From Mobula hypostoma (lineage: Eukaryota), in contig NC_086111.1 in assembly GCF_963921235.1 (NCBI RefSeq), positions 54,870,001 to 54,934,000 of the forward strand: a stretch of DNA of 64,000 bases, written 5' to 3'. The position numbers and the translations under genes were made by a program. Under the pieces are notes generated by a model. The model saw only the letters and a program-made list of their open reading frames with translations, made no database searches and was not told the origin of the DNA. Positions 26,050 to 39,240 of this stretch are shown here, one piece after another. How positions within the stretch are numbered: the stretch's first letter is position 1; each line of letters starts with the position of its first letter.

Positions 26050-27981
26050 ATCCTCTCCAGTTTGTCTACTGACACAACAAGTCCACAGTGGGTGCCATTT
26101 CATTGGCTCTTCACTCAACCCTGGAACATCTGGAGAGCAAAGGTACATTCAACAGCACAGGTAGACCACAAGACTCGTGCTTAGTCCCCTACTCTACTCG
26201 CTTTACACTTATGACTGTGTGGCTAAGCACAGCTCCAATTCCATACTTAAGTTTGCTACTACTTCAAATCAGGCTGAATCAAAGATGGTGATGAATCAGC
26301 ATATAGGAGGCAGATTGGAAATTCAGGGAGTGGTGTCACCACAACAAATTTGACTCAATGTCAGGAAGACCAAGGAACTAATTATTGACTTCAGGAAGAG
26401 GAAACTAGAGGGCCATGAGCCAGTCCTCATTGGGGGATCAGAGGTGGAGAGGGTCAGCAACTTTAAATTCCTCAGTGTTACCATCTCAGAGGACCTGATT
26501 CTTGAACTTACATGGTATCTGCCCCTCACCTCATGTAAGAGCAATTATGAAGAAAGCACTACAGCACATCTACATCCTTAGAAGTTTGGGAAGACTCAGC
26601 ATGACATCTACAGTATAACTGACTAACTTCTATAGATGAGTCTTGGAGACTATATTGACAGGCTGCATCACGGTCCAGTATGGAAATACCAATGCCCCTG
26701 GACAGAAAATCCTGCAAAATGTACTGGATATGCCCAGTGCATAACAAGTAAATCCCTCCCCACTATTAAACGCATCTACATGGAGCATCGTCACAGGAAA
26801 GAAGCATGCACCACCATGGATCCCACCACCCTGGTCATGCTTCCTTCTCATTGCTGCCACCAGGAAAAGGTACAGGAGCCTCAGGTTCAGGATCAGTTAT
26901 TACGCCTCAACCATCAGGCTCCTGATCCCTGTTCCAACTTCACTTGCTCCATCACTGAATTGTTCCCACAACCTATGGACTCACTTTCAAGGGCTCTTCA
27001 CCTTATGTTCTCAATATTTATAGTCATAGTCATACTTTATTGATCCCGGGGGAAATTGGTTTTCGTTACAGTTGCACCATAAATAATAGTGATAGAACCA
27101 CAAATAGTTAAATAGTAATATGTAAATTATGCCAGTAAATTATGAAATAAGTCCAGGACCAGCCTATTGGCTCAGGGTGTCTGACCCTCCAAGGGAGGAG
27201 TTGTAAAGTTTGATGGCCACAGGCAGGAATGACTTCCTATGACGCTCCGTGCTGCATCTCGGTGGAATGAGTCTCTGGCTGAATGTACTCCTGTGCCCAC
27301 CAAGTACATTATGTAGTGGATGGGAGACATTGACCAAGATGGCATGCAACTTAGACAGCATCCTCTTTTCAGACACCACCGTGAGAGAGTCCAGTTCCAT
27401 CCCCACAACATCACTGGCCTGACGAATGAGTTTGTTAATTCTGTTGGTGTCTGCTGCCCCCAGCCTGCTGCCCCAGCACGCAACAGCAAACATGATAGCA
27501 CTGGCTACCACAGACTCGTAGAACATCCTCAGCATCATCCGGCAGATGTTAAAGGACCTCAGTCTCCTCAGGAAACAGAGACGGCTCTGACCCTGCTTGT
27601 AGACAGCCTGTGTTCTCTGATCAGTCCAGTCGTATCCCCAGGTATTTGTAATCCTCCACCATGTCCACACTGACCCCCCTGGATGGAAATAGGGGTCACC
27701 GGTACCTTGGCTCTCCTCAGGTCTACCACCAGCTCCTTAGTCTTTTTCACATTAAGCTGCAGATAATTCGGCCCACACCATGTGACAAATTTATTATTAT
27801 TATTTCTTTTTTAATCTTTTTGTATTTGCACAGTTTGTTGTCTTTTGCACACTAATCGTCCACCTTTTCATTGATTCTATTACGGTTATTGGATTTATTG
27901 AGTATGCCCGCAAGAAAATTAATCTCAGGGTTGTACGTGGTGACATACATGTACTTTGATAATAAACTTACTTTGAACTTT
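26050..27981 (+). mobile_element. Rex/Babar-type LINE with a nested opposite-strand copy
   Basis: [24 protein letters not shown] and VERVSNFKFL motifs. Tail ends AATAAACTTACTTTGAACTTT. Confidence 0.75.
27018..27788 (-). mobile_element. Rex1/Babar LINE 3' fragment (well preserved)
   Basis: KTKELVVDLRR and QSRLCFLRRLRSF...FYESVVASAI...RHRKSFLPVAIKLYN. (CTATGA)n-type tail. Confidence 0.85.
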
Positions 27982-28037
27982 ATTGGGTATTATTGTACTT
28001 TGATAATAAACTTACTTTGAACTTTATTGGGTATTAT
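27950..28037. repeat. Perfect 44-bp tandem duplication
   Basis: TGTACTTTGATAATAAACTTACTTTGAACTTTATTGGGTATTAT x2. Confidence 0.9.
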
Positions 28038-29439
28038 GAGTAACTGGCACAGAAAGGAGTTGAGACCATAAAGGATCCACCATGATGGTAGTTAGTGGTG
28101 AGGCTAACTTGAAGAGCCGGGTAGCTCACCCCTGCTTCTACTTTCTTGTGTTCTTTGGAGCTCTCTCCATCAAAGGGTATTTGAATATTTTGAATCCAAG
28201 CTAAATAGATTGTTCACAAGGGAGTGTAAAGTACTCAAGTACTGTGGAATGAGGAGTTAAAGTTACAATCAAATTGGCCATTATCTAAATGTGGAACAGG
28301 CTGGGTGGGACTAAGAGAAATTGTCAGAGCAAATACTGTGAGGCTACTTCCTCTGACTGGAGAAACCAGAGCAGGGGGAGTAACTTCATATAAAGGATCA
28401 GAAATAAGATAAAACTCTTTCCTCAGAAGGTTATGACTTTTTGGGAAACATTAATTTCATGAATATGGATGTCTTGTTGCCAATTATAATCATAGTGGAA
28501 CTTGATTTTGGAGCACTGTCAAAGTCAAGGTTGATGGTGGACTGGGCCAGAAAATAGATTGAAAATGTAGAAATCTATCATAATCCCAGGGTGGCAGAAG
28601 CATTGTGTGAACAAAATTGACTGGTTGGTCACTATGATAATTTTAGTGCTGAATTCAAATAACTAGATTCAAATAAGCTTCAATGTGGAAGGACACAGAA
28701 TTGGAAACTGGAATTGGTTTATTATTATTATCAGATATACCGTAATGCAGTGAAAAGCTTGTCCTCATACAGTTCATATAGATCAAATTATTGTCCGGCG
28801 CTTTGAAGCAGAACAAGGTAAATATTAACAGAATGCAGAATTAATTGTAAAAGTCGCAGATAAAATATAATGCAGGACAAGATCATTACGAGTTAGATCA
28901 CGAGATCAAAAGTTCATCCTATCACACTAGAGAAATAATTACGTCTTAACAGTGGGGTGGAAGCTCTCCTTCAACATGATGCTACGTGCTTTCAGGTTTT
29001 GTATCTTGTGCGCGATGGAAGAGGGAAGAAGATTTCAAGCAGCAAGTCCAGGGTAGATGTTGAGATATCACGTGAGAGCGACGGGATGGGTAGGTTGATA
29101 ATACTAGCTGCTGATTACAGATACTTAAGACATATCTAATTGAAAGTATGAAAAATGCTGGGAGTACTCAGTAGACAGCATTTGTGCAGGGCAATCTGAG
29201 TTAATTTCCTGATGAGAGATAATCGAATTGAAACATTAACTCTGAAAACCTGTCCACGGACGGCACCTGATCCTCTGATTTTCCAGCAATTACTATTTGT
29301 CAAATTTGCAACATTTAGAATATTTTACTTTGAACACAAGAGAAAATATTGTTTTTTTCCCCACAATTTCTGAGTTAATCGGGGAAAGGATTGGTTTGTG
29401 AAAGTTGACAAGAATCTTGCTTTAATCCACGCTTTGATC

Positions 29440-29880
29440 CTCATTGTAGCTCAAACGGAGTTACACCGGAAGTAGTATTTTCAAACATGGCTGCGGTGAA
29501 AGCGCTCTATCGCCCTCTTCGTGAGCGGAAGGAACCGAAGAGAGACCGGATGCGACGATAGAAGGACGGAAAATGGTGTACGTGTCCAACGGTAAGAAGG
29601 AAATATCTCTGGAGTGGTGGAGGATAGATGGGGTTGTGTGTGTGTATGTTTCGGATACAGGCTCGCGGTAATGGTCGGGGTTTAATGGAGTGTTGTGGAT
29701 GTCAATCGGTTGCTCAGTTTTTGCCTGCGGGATCACGCCGATGTTTCCTGCTTGAAGTAAAACATAACCAGGCGCTGCCAGTAGTCATAGTCACGGTACA
29801 AGTTCTACGCACTCCTGCAACATCCACTGGGATTCGAGCTAAAATCCTTTATGTGGAAGGCGGGGGTATGAGGGCTAATT
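29440..29880 (+). promoter_or_regulatory. CpG-island promoter of SELENOK with ETS/GABP and YY1-like sites
   Basis: Local CpG enrichment in CpG-poor surroundings. ACCGGAAGT at 29465-29473 and AACATGGC at 29484-29491. Confidence 0.7.
29573..29591 (+). CDS. SELENOK: Selenoprotein K, coding exon 1 (MVYVSNG)
   Basis: ATG GTG TAC GTG TCC AAC G|gtaag in a CpG-rich promoter. Matches the vertebrate SELENOK N-terminus MVY(I/V)SNG. Confidence 0.96.
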
Positions 29881-32800
29881 TAAAATGTACAAAACATTTA
29901 GGTAATGTCTAAATAGTAAGAATTTAAGATAAACTATACAGCGTAATGTCAATTACTAGGGTAAGTTGACCAAAAATACTTATCTGCACTTTGTTCGGCA
30001 TTTTGTTATTAATTTCACCTTGCACTGCCTCGATGCACTCTGTAATGAATTAATCTGTATGAACAGTTTACAACACAAGCTTTTCACTACCTCTCGGGTT
30101 GATGTAACAATAACAAACCAATTCGATGACACGTTACAAGTTGATCATGGGATCTACTAATTGGACCAAACATTACAAAGCTCGGTTCAACATTTTATCT
30201 TATAGAAGAAAAGTCTTGACTTACAATCAAAACTGAGTGTGTTCAGTGCTTGACAGATGCTAGCAAAGGCCTGGGTTCCAGTCAGAACACTAAAGAATCA
30301 CTGCCTGATGGGCAGGTTGAAGCAAGCATATCGATGCCAGGAAGATGATGGTAACGTCTAATAGGATCTGGGTACAAAGTTCAAGTCATAGGAGAGAACC
30401 CCATTTTTTAAATGGTACTTCAAATACTGTACCTGCAGCTGCTGGCTCACTGGTGCTTAGATCACAACAGAACCTGCAGCGGCATAGTTAAATTTCTGCC
30501 AATGACAGCCAAACTAATGTTATTTGGGGTCATTTTCTGTATTAATGATGGAAAGTGTATTTTCATACCTGTGATTTTTCTAGAATAACCCAATTCTTAA
30601 TTAGAGAAATGGGTAAGTTATCTATAACGAGTAATGTATAATCCTGTAGTATTTTATGATTTTAAGATAACAATTTAGCACATTAAAATTAACCCACAAA
30701 GTTTCAATGAACTTGGATGGCTTAAGACATAGGAGCAGAATTAGGCCATTTGGCCCATCGTCTGCTCCACCATTCAATCATGGCTGATCCTTTTTCCCCC
30801 TCCTCAGCCTCATTGCCCAGCCTTTTCCCCGTAACCTTTGATGCCATATCCAATCAAGAACCTATCAAGCTCTGCCTTAAATACACCCAACAACCTAGCC
30901 TCCATAGCTGCCTGTGGTAATAAAGTCCACAAATTCACCACTCTCTGGCTAAAGAAATTTCTCCACATCTCTATTTTAAATGGACAGTCCTCCATCTTGA
31001 GGCTGTGCTATCTTGTCCTAGACTCCCCCACCATGGGAAACATCCTTTCCACATCTACACTGGGCCTTTCAACATTCAAAAGGTTTCAGTAAGATCCCCA
31101 TTCTCCTCCCACCTCCCCCCCCCATCATCCTTCTAAATTACAGTGAGTACAGACCCAGAGCTATCAAATGTTCCTCATATGATAACCCTTTCATTACCAG
31201 AATCATTCTTGTGAACCTCCTCTGACCCCTCTCCAATGCCAGTGCATCTTTTCTTAGATGAGGAGTCCAAAACTGTTCACAATACTCAAGGTGAGGCCTC
31301 ACCAGTGCCTTATAAAATCTCAGCATCACATCCTTGCTCATGTATTCTAGACCTCTTGAAATGAATGCTAACATTGCATTTGCCTTCCTCTCCACCTACT
31401 CAACCTGCAAGTTAACCTTTAGGGTGTTCTGCACAAGGACTCCCAAGTCTCTGCACATCAGAGTTTTGGGTTTTCTCCCCATTTAGAAAATAGTCCGCAC
31501 GTTTATTTCTACCACCGAAGTGCGTGATAGTGCATTTTCCAATATTGTATTTCATTTGCCACTTTCTTGCCGATTCTCCTAATCTGTCTATGTCCATCTG
31601 CAGTCTACCTGTTTCCTCAACAATACCTGTCCCTCCACTAATCTTCATATCATCTGTAAGCTTGGCAACAAAGCCATCTATTCCATCATCAAATTCATTG
31701 ATATACAGCATAAAAAGAAGCGGTCCCAACACCGACCCCTGCAGAACACCACTAGTCTCTGGCAGCAAACTAGAAAAGGATTCTTATTTCCTACTCACTG
31801 CCACCTACCAATCAGCCAATGCTCCAATCGTGTTAGTAACTTTCCTATAATACCATGGGCACTTAACTTGGTAAGTAGCCTCATGTGTGGCACTTTGTCA
31901 AAGGCCTTCTGAAAATCCAAATATACAACATTCACTGCATCCCTTTTACTTATCCCACTTGTAATCTCCTCAAAGAATTCCAACAGGTTTTCCAGGCAAG
32001 ATTTTCCCTTAAGGAAACTATGCTGACTTTGTACTATCTTGTCCTGTGTCACCAAGTACTCCATAACCTCATCCTTAACAATTGACTCCAACATTTTCCC
32101 AACCACTGAGGTCAGGCTAACTGGTCTATAATTTCCTTTCTGCTGCCTTCCTACTTTCCAGAGTGGAGTGACATTTGCAATTTTCCAGTCCTCTGTCACC
32201 ATGCCGGAGTCCGATGAGTTTTGAAAGATCATTACTAATGCCTCCACAATCTCTACCGCTATCTCTCTTTCAGAACCCTAGGGTGAAGTTCCTCTGCTGT
32301 GGGTGACTTGTGTACCCTTAGGTCTTTCAGCTTTTTGAGCATCTTCTCCCTTGTAATAGTAACTGCACTCACTTTTCTTCCCACACACCCTTTATATCTG
32401 GGATACCGTTAGTGTCTTCCACAGTGAAGACTGTTGCAAAATGCTCATTTACTTCATCTGCCATCTCCTTGTTCTTAGTTATTATTTCTCCGGCCTCATT
32501 TTCTAGTGGTCCTATATCAACTCTCATCTCACTTATTTTTTCATACTTGAAAAAGTTTTTACTGTCCACTTTGATATTGTTTGCTAGCTTGCTTTCATAT
32601 TTCATCATTTCCATCTTAATGATTCTTTTAGTTGCTCTCCGGAGGTGTTTGAAAGCTTGCCAATCCTCTATCTTCCTGCTAATTTTTGCTTTGTTATATG
32701 TTCTCTCTTTTGCTTTTACATTAGCTTTGAATTCCCTTGTCAGCCATGATTGTACTATTTTACCATTTGAGTATTTCTTCATTTTTGAAATACTTCTATC

Positions 32801-32944
32801 CCGCACCTTCTCATTTTTCCCAGAAACTCTCACTATTGCTGCTCTGCTGTCGTCCCTGCCAGCACCTCCTTCCAATTTACTTTGGCCAACTCCTCTCATA
32901 CCTCTCTAATTTCCTTTACTCCACTGAAATACTGCTATGTCAGA

Positions 32945-33825
32945 AAACACAAAATTCTCTGCAGATTCTGGGGTCAAAACAACACTCACAACATGCTGGA
33001 GGAACTCAGCAGGTCGGGCAGCATCCGTGGAAAAGATCGGTCGACGTTTCAGGCCGGAACCCTTCGTCAGGACTGTAGAGGGAAGGGGCAGAGGCCCTAT
33101 AAAGAAGGTGGGGGGAGGGTGGGAAGGAGAAGGCTGGTAGGTTCCAGGTGAAAAACCAGTAAGGGGAAAGATAAAGGGGTGGGGAAGGGGAAGCAGGGAG
33201 GGGATAAGCAGGAAAGGTGAGGAAGGAAAAAGGGTAGTAGAATGGGTAGTAGAAGGAGGCGGAACCATGAGGGAGGTGGTAGGCAGCTGGGGGAGGGGGA
33301 AGAGTAAAACTGGGATAGGGGCAGGGAGAGGCAGGGAATTGCCGAAGTTGGAGAATTGAGTGTTCATACCAAGGGGCTGGAGACTACCCAGAAGGTATAT
33401 GAGGTGTTGTTCCTCCAACCTGAGTTTAGCCTCATCATGGCAGTAGGGGGGGCCATGTATGGACATACCCGAATGGGAATGTGAAGCAGAGTTGAAGTGG
33501 GTGGCAACCGGGAGATCCTGTCTGTTTTGGCGGACAGAGCGGAGGTGCTCGATGAAGCGGTCCCCCAATCTGCGTTGGGTTTCACCGATGTAGAGGAGGC
33601 CACACCAGGAGCACCGGATGCAATAGATGACCCCAACAGACTCTCAAGTGAAGTGTTGCCTCACCTGGAAGACCTGTTTGGGGCCCTGAATGGTGGCAAG
33701 AGAGGAGGTGTAGGGACAGGTGTAGCACTTACACTTACAGGGATAAGTGCCGGGTAGGAGATCCGTGGGGAGGAGTGAGTGGACCAGGGAATTGTGGAGA
33801 GAACGATCCCTGTGGAAAGCAGAGA
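32945..33825 (-). mobile_element. Penelope-like element (GIY-YIG + hammerhead-bearing repeat)
   Basis: GDRFIEHLRSVRQ...LEEQHLIYLLGSLQPLGMN. TSD GCTAT(G/A)TCAGA at 32934-32944 and 33826-33836. Confidence 0.88.
33039..33076 (-). ncRNA. Minimal (Penelope-type) hammerhead ribozyme motif
   Basis: - strand CAGTC CTGACGA A GGGTTCCGGCCT GAAAC GTC GACC. Confidence 0.65.
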
Positions 33826-33855
33826 GCTATATCAGACTTTACTTTCTCCCTACCA

Positions 33856-34142
33856 AAATTTTTTTTTTTCTTTTTGGCGTGTGCCTGCGTGCGTCCGTGA
33901 TGATTTTTTCATGGGTTTTTACAAGGTGCGGAGTGACAGAGAGAGAGACTGTGTGGCTTGCCACTCCTCACACAGACATTTTCACAGTATTTTTCCCTTT
34001 ATTTTACGAGGTCGAGTTGCAATCTCGACACTCAACCGGACACAGATGGAAAGCCTACTCGGGAGCGGACCCGACTGGTTTCAAACCCGGGAACCTCCGC
34101 TCCCGGGTCCGGCGCTGATGTCATTGCGCCACCAGCCAGCCC
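33856..34142 (-). mobile_element. tRNA-derived SINE with TSD
   Basis: Same head and body as the 10003 copy. TSD TCTCCCTACCA at 33845-55 and 34143-53. Poly(A) tail on the - strand. Confidence 0.8.
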
Positions 34143-36079
34143 TCTCCCTACCAGATTTCAAGTTGAACTCAATCATATTGTGATCATTGCCTCCTAAGGG
34201 TTCTTTTACCTTAAGCTCTCTAATCTCCTCTGGTTCATTACATGACACTCAATCCAGTACAGCTGATCCCCGAGTAGGTTCAATGACAAACTGCTCTAAA
34301 AAGTCATCTTGTAGGCATTCAACAAACTCACTGGCATTCAACAAACTCACTTTCTTGAGATCCATTTACAACCTGATTTTCCCCAATCGACCTGCATGTT
34401 AAAATTTCCCATGACTATCATAACATTGGCCTTTTGATACGCCTTTTATATTTCCCGTTGTAATACGTGGTCCACATCCCAGGATCCCAGTTGGGAGGAC
34501 TGTATATAACTGACAACAGGGTCCTTTTGCCCTTGCAGTTTCTTAACTCAGCCCACAAGGATTCAACATCTTCCGATCCAATGTTACATCTTTCTACTGA
34601 TTTGAAGCCATTGTTTACCAGCAGAGCCATGCCACCTGCTCTGCCTATCTTACTATCCTTCTGATACAATGTGTAACCTTGGATATTTAGCCAAAGCCTA
34701 TGGAAAAATGGATTTTGTAACTTGCTTCTGTTGTTCAACATCATCAACCTTGAATGTTGTAGGGAGATCATTTTCACTCAGACAATACCCTCATGAAGGT
34801 AAACTTTTGTGTTCCGTTAAAAAATTGATCGTTAAATTCGTTTATTACATGGTATATTTTTGCCTTGATTATAAAGTACATTTCAATGTTAGCTTTTTTA
34901 AGAAAAATGATTGTCTAGTTCACATTTATAATGTCTACATTTATAATCAGAGTTAGGGGATTTGTGCAAGATTAAGGTCCATGTGATATTAAAATATATG
35001 GAAATTGGTGAAAACAATCTTAAATTTTTTTTAAAAATGCAATTTACATTTTGCTGATCAAACTGTTTGAACTTGTTAGTTTGGGAAGGCAGAGAGAGAA
35101 AAACCACCTGGTCATCTTTGTTATTACCACACTTCAACTTGCTGCTTTAATTTTGTGCTTAAGTTATCAAACAATTAAGACTTTTTAGGCAAAACCAGGC
35201 TAGCGATCTTGTAATGTCAGAACACAAACTAATGGAGCTCTTCCAATCATAGACTGTTTCTTTAGGGGGGGAAAAAAAAAGTAAAGGTACTTTTATAATC
35301 ATTACAAAATAGTACATCTAATTGGTTTGCCATTTATTAGATGTAGGTGATTTTTAGATGGTAAATTATTTCCCATACTTGTGTGCAATGTTAATATATC
35401 ACTGCTTATGCAAGTTTCTAGTACTCTACATGTAGCAATAAACTAAAAATGCGTTTCTGTCCCTGATTTGTCAAGGGGAATCTTCTTCCTGATCTTGCCA
35501 ATATTCGTTGTATTCAGCTGTTACCCACCTTAGTGATTATGTTGATGGAGAAGATTGCAGGTCACAGTGCAAATGACAGTGTTTTTGGAATGGTGCAGTA
35601 TAGATGACTGAAATATGTGCCACTCCAAAGCACAAAAGTTGACCTTTTTTGTGAGCTGCATAGCCTATTAGTATTCAATGTTTTAGAGAGGTACTTCCAA
35701 AATCTTATGCAGCTTCTCGCACTTCCTGCATATGTGTTTTTTTAAATCTTAGAGGCAAGTTTCTGCACTGACTTACATACAGGAATTTTCTTAAGCTCAA
35801 TGCTGGATATGATACTTATATATATTATCAATATTTGTGCACAACCATATTCAAAAGATAATTTTTTGAAAAGGGGTAATTTTGATTAGATGAGGTTTGT
35901 AGCACAGCTTCCTGAAGTGGTCAGAACTATATTCATTACACAATTACAGAATTTGAACTGAGCATTGTATGTTGAGGTGAAAGGGAACCAAAGCATATAA
36001 ATGTTCACTGGAATGTTTCTTCATGGCATTATTGTATACTGACAGTAGTGTTTAAACACTGTACTGCATTCTTTTTCAG

Positions 36080-36170
36080 GTCAAGTTGTGGATAACAGGA
36101 GTCAAGCACCATGGAGCTTATCATCAATTGTTCAGTTTTTCTGGGGAATAGTGGAGTTTATTGCATTTTT
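36080..36170 (+). CDS. SELENOK: Selenoprotein K, coding exon 2 (transmembrane segment)
   Basis: ctttttcag|GTCAAGTT...GCATTTTT|gtaagt, 91 nt. Encodes QVVDNRSQAPWSLSSIVQFFWGIVEFIAFF and is phase-compatible with exons 1 and 3. Confidence 0.96.
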
Positions 36171-36193
36171 GTAAGTATCAATGTGTACTACTA

Positions 36194-36711
36194 AGAAGAG
36201 AAAACCTGCAGATGCTGGAAATCAGAGTCTCTCTCTCAAAATGCTGGAGGAGCTCAGCAGGCCAGGCAGCATCTATTAAAAAAAGTACAGTTGACGTTTC
36301 AGGCCAAAACCCTTTGGCGGAACTGGAGAAAAAAAGCTGAGGAGTAGATTTAAAAGGTGGAGGCAGGGGGAGAGAGAAACACATGTGATAGGTGAAACCT
36401 GGAGAGGGAGGGATGAAGTGAAGAACTGGGAAGTTGATTGTCTCCCTCGCCCCCTCTGGTGCCCCTCTCCACTTTTTCTTTCTTCCATGGCCTTGCTCTT
36501 TCACCAGCTTCCGGGCTCTTTATATCATCCCTCCCTCTCCAGGTTTCACTCATCACCTGTGTTTCTCTCCCCCCCGCCACCCGCCTTTTAAATCTACTCA
36601 GCCTTTTTTCTCCAGTCCTGCCAAAAGGTTTCAGCCTGAAACGTCGACTATACTTTTTTTCCGTAGATGCTGCCTGGCCTGCTAAGTTCCTCCAGAATTT
36701 TGTGTGTGTTG
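36194..36711. mobile_element. Inverted pair of Penelope terminal-repeat fragments in SELENOK intron 2
   Basis: Left arm on -, right arm on +. 13-bp TSD ATGTGTACTACTA at 36181-93 and 36712-24. Confidence 0.85.
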
Positions 36712-36780
36712 ATGTGTACTACTATTTCTTTCTTAAAAAATGCAGAATCTCTACTGAAAATATTTTTGTTTTACATATAG

Positions 36781-36867
36781 CTTTCGAACATTGTTCAATC
36801 CATCTGGAACTGACTACAAAACATCTAGAAGTCAGACGTCCTGGGGTAGACCAGATGATGGAAGAGG
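36781..36867 (+). CDS. SELENOK: Selenoprotein K, coding exon 3
   Basis: ttacatatag|CTTTCGA...GGAAGAGG|gtaatt, 87 nt. Encodes FRTLFNPSGTDYKTSRSQTSWGRPDDGRG, including the conserved DDGRG. Confidence 0.93.
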
Positions 36868-38317
36868 GTAATTCTAAGCTAAAATAGAGAATGTTTTTTT
36901 TATTTCATTGATCTCTTGAATCTTTCCTTACACGTACTTTACTGAAAATGGAAGTTGATAAGGAGTTTATTCCATGGCTCTGTGTGGCCTCTGATAAAAA
37001 GCAAAGCTTCTTATTGCAAGGCAAAAGAAACTCAGAAGTTATCAGAGCAGTGGTATTGAGAGCAACCAGTGGATTAATGGATTTTATTTCAGAGAACAAG
37101 AAAACTAAATGCAACATTTCCATTCGGATGCTGGGAAAATGAGCTCCCTAGTACCCTGGCTGTTAAATAATTTATATCATAAATATATCCAGGGTGGGCA
37201 ATGATACAAAGCTAGATTTGCAATGCAGGTTGTAAGGAAGAGCTTTGAGGTATCTAAAGTAAGCGAGCGTGGATGTGGCAGGCACAATACGTTGCGGGAA
37301 AACATAAAATTGTCCACTTTGATAGGAAAGATTTTTTTTTAATATATAAAAAAAGGGTTCAGAGGGACCTGCATATCCTTGTACAGGAATTGTTGCAACT
37401 GCTTTGGACTTCACTACCAGTACAAAAAATGCTTACTGTGATAATAGGATTTTGATCAACTTGCATCTAGAATGCCATGTCTGATATCCTTAATTTTTGA
37501 CATATTAGTGATGTCTGATCTTGAAGGCTGGTTATAACTGCAATAAAGCAGTGCACTGAAGGTTCAGCAGTTACTCTTTGGAGATGGGAGGTGGTGGCGG
37601 CTGGGTCTTCCTGAGAGGTGGGATGAAACACACTGGGCCTTTATGTTCTTTTGTTAAGAACAAGAGTTGATCATATTGAAACATTCAAAATTCTCATGAG
37701 GCTTGAAGATAGATGGAAAAATAATTTTAAGGGTGTCCTGAATCAGAGATCACAAACTCAAACTAAGGGGTGTTATTTCCAGACTGAGATGAGGAGAAAT
37801 TTCTTCGAGGTTTGAAAAGACTGAGATACTGAATTTATTTAAGATAATTGTGGATATTATGGAAATGTGGTTAGTGTAGAAAAGTGAAGCTCAGAGATAC
37901 AAGATCAGACATAATCTTGTTAAATGGTGAAGCAACATGAGGGACTGAATAGTCCACTTTTATTTCCAGTACAAAATTTGCATTTGTTAAACACTGGTTT
38001 CAGGAACCCTCAATAACATTTCTTCCTGTCTGAAAACTTTCAAGCAAGTATCAAAATGATGCAGTAAGTGTCACTCATAATCTACTTTCTTCTGTCAGTA
38101 TACTGCTTGAAATAGATTAAAGTTGAGGATGGAAGTAGGAATAAACATTTGTGTTAAAGTGGGTTAGTAAAAGGAACCTTAAAATACACTGTTACAAATA
38201 AGCTTTAATATTTTAGGTTGTTTGTTAGAAATTGTGCAGTATGATTTCAGATTATGTATTGATATTGTATCCTATTATTTCTATTTTCATTTTGTAAAAC
38301 AATTAATTTTTTTAAAG

Positions 38318-38404
38318 GCCGCCTGGAGCTCCACGGAGAAGAATGGGTCGAATAAATCATGGAGGAGGTCCGGCACCACCTCCAATGTCTGGAGGATGAG
38401 GAAG
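38318..38404 (+). CDS. SELENOK: Selenoprotein K, coding exon 4 with Sec codon (TGA 38397-38399)
   Basis: tttaaag|GCCGCCT...GGA GGA TGA GGA AG|gtacgc. Encodes PPGAPRRRMGRINHGGGPAPPPMSGGUG, the G/P-rich SELENOK tail. Confidence 0.96.
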
Positions 38405-39240
38405 GTACGCAAGTAGTGGTTGCAAACAGGAATTTGTTGGTATTGTGTTACTCCATGGCTGCAAGGGTGCACCATTACTGAAAATAATGATTACTTCATC
38501 AGCAACTTCTAAATCAGTTATCTTTGTCCTCCTGGGTGGGTTTAAGGAAACAAGTGCTTGGGAATTCATTTTGTCAAGATTTGTAAATAGCCCTTCAGCA
38601 ATATAGGTTGTAGCATAGCAGAATTGTTGAACTGCTGCAGATATTGAAGATATTGGCTGCTTTACTGCCAGCTCCACAGTGGCAATTAGGGATGGACAGA
38701 TTTTAGCTCTGCCAGTATCACTCTCATATAACAAACAAATTAATACTATTAACATTACAAACTTTGTTTTTAACTTGCTCTTCTTTACTCTGTTATCTGT
38801 CTTGTGCAATATTTGATAGCCATGCATTATGGCAGGCTTAAGCAGACTATAAATCAATGTTTTGCTGCACGCAAGCAAAAGGATAATTAAATCAACAGAG
38901 CGAGTATCACAAATGGTCATTGTCCTTATTCACATAAGTGCTTATGGTATTTATTTTGCAATCTTTTAAGAGGTGCTCATTTGCTTATTAAACTTATATT
39001 CTTGACCATCAATTTACAGGTGTTGGTTTGTAGTGTAATCAGTTAAATAGTTGGATTTAATATTTATCTTAGTCGTCATGTTGTTCTACTTATTACTGTG
39101 ACTGAACTGAGGAAATTCAAGGCCTAAACTACTGTTCAATAGCAGTATGAGAATCTTGGTGTTCAATAATTATACAATGGAATAGGTTTTTGAAAGAATT
39201 TAGGGGTAAAAAGTGACATTTTTGTAAAACCTCTTTACAG

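Larger units (their letters stand above)
30725..34690 (-). mobile_element. CR1 LINE ORF2 in SELENOK intron 1, with nested Penelope and SINE
   Basis: APE (SLWAELRNCKG, IYSPPN) and RT (YLDFQKAFDKVPH, QGSVLGPLLF, KLTDD) ORF pieces, antisense to the gene. Confidence 0.9.

Noticed and set aside
33080-33340. G-rich tract with G-quadruplex potential in SELENOK intron 1
   Set aside because: It is the reverse complement of the pyrimidine-rich Penelope 3'UTR also seen at 17960-18230; no evidence of a locus-specific role.
32906-33568. 220-aa ORF as a novel fusion protein
   Set aside because: A Penelope GIY-YIG C-terminus that reads through a lost stop into low-complexity UTR and the flanking CR1.
38357-38920. 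187-aa ORF antisense to SELENOK exon 4 and intron 4
   Set aside because: No recognisable domain, in AT-rich intronic sequence; most likely a chance antisense ORF.
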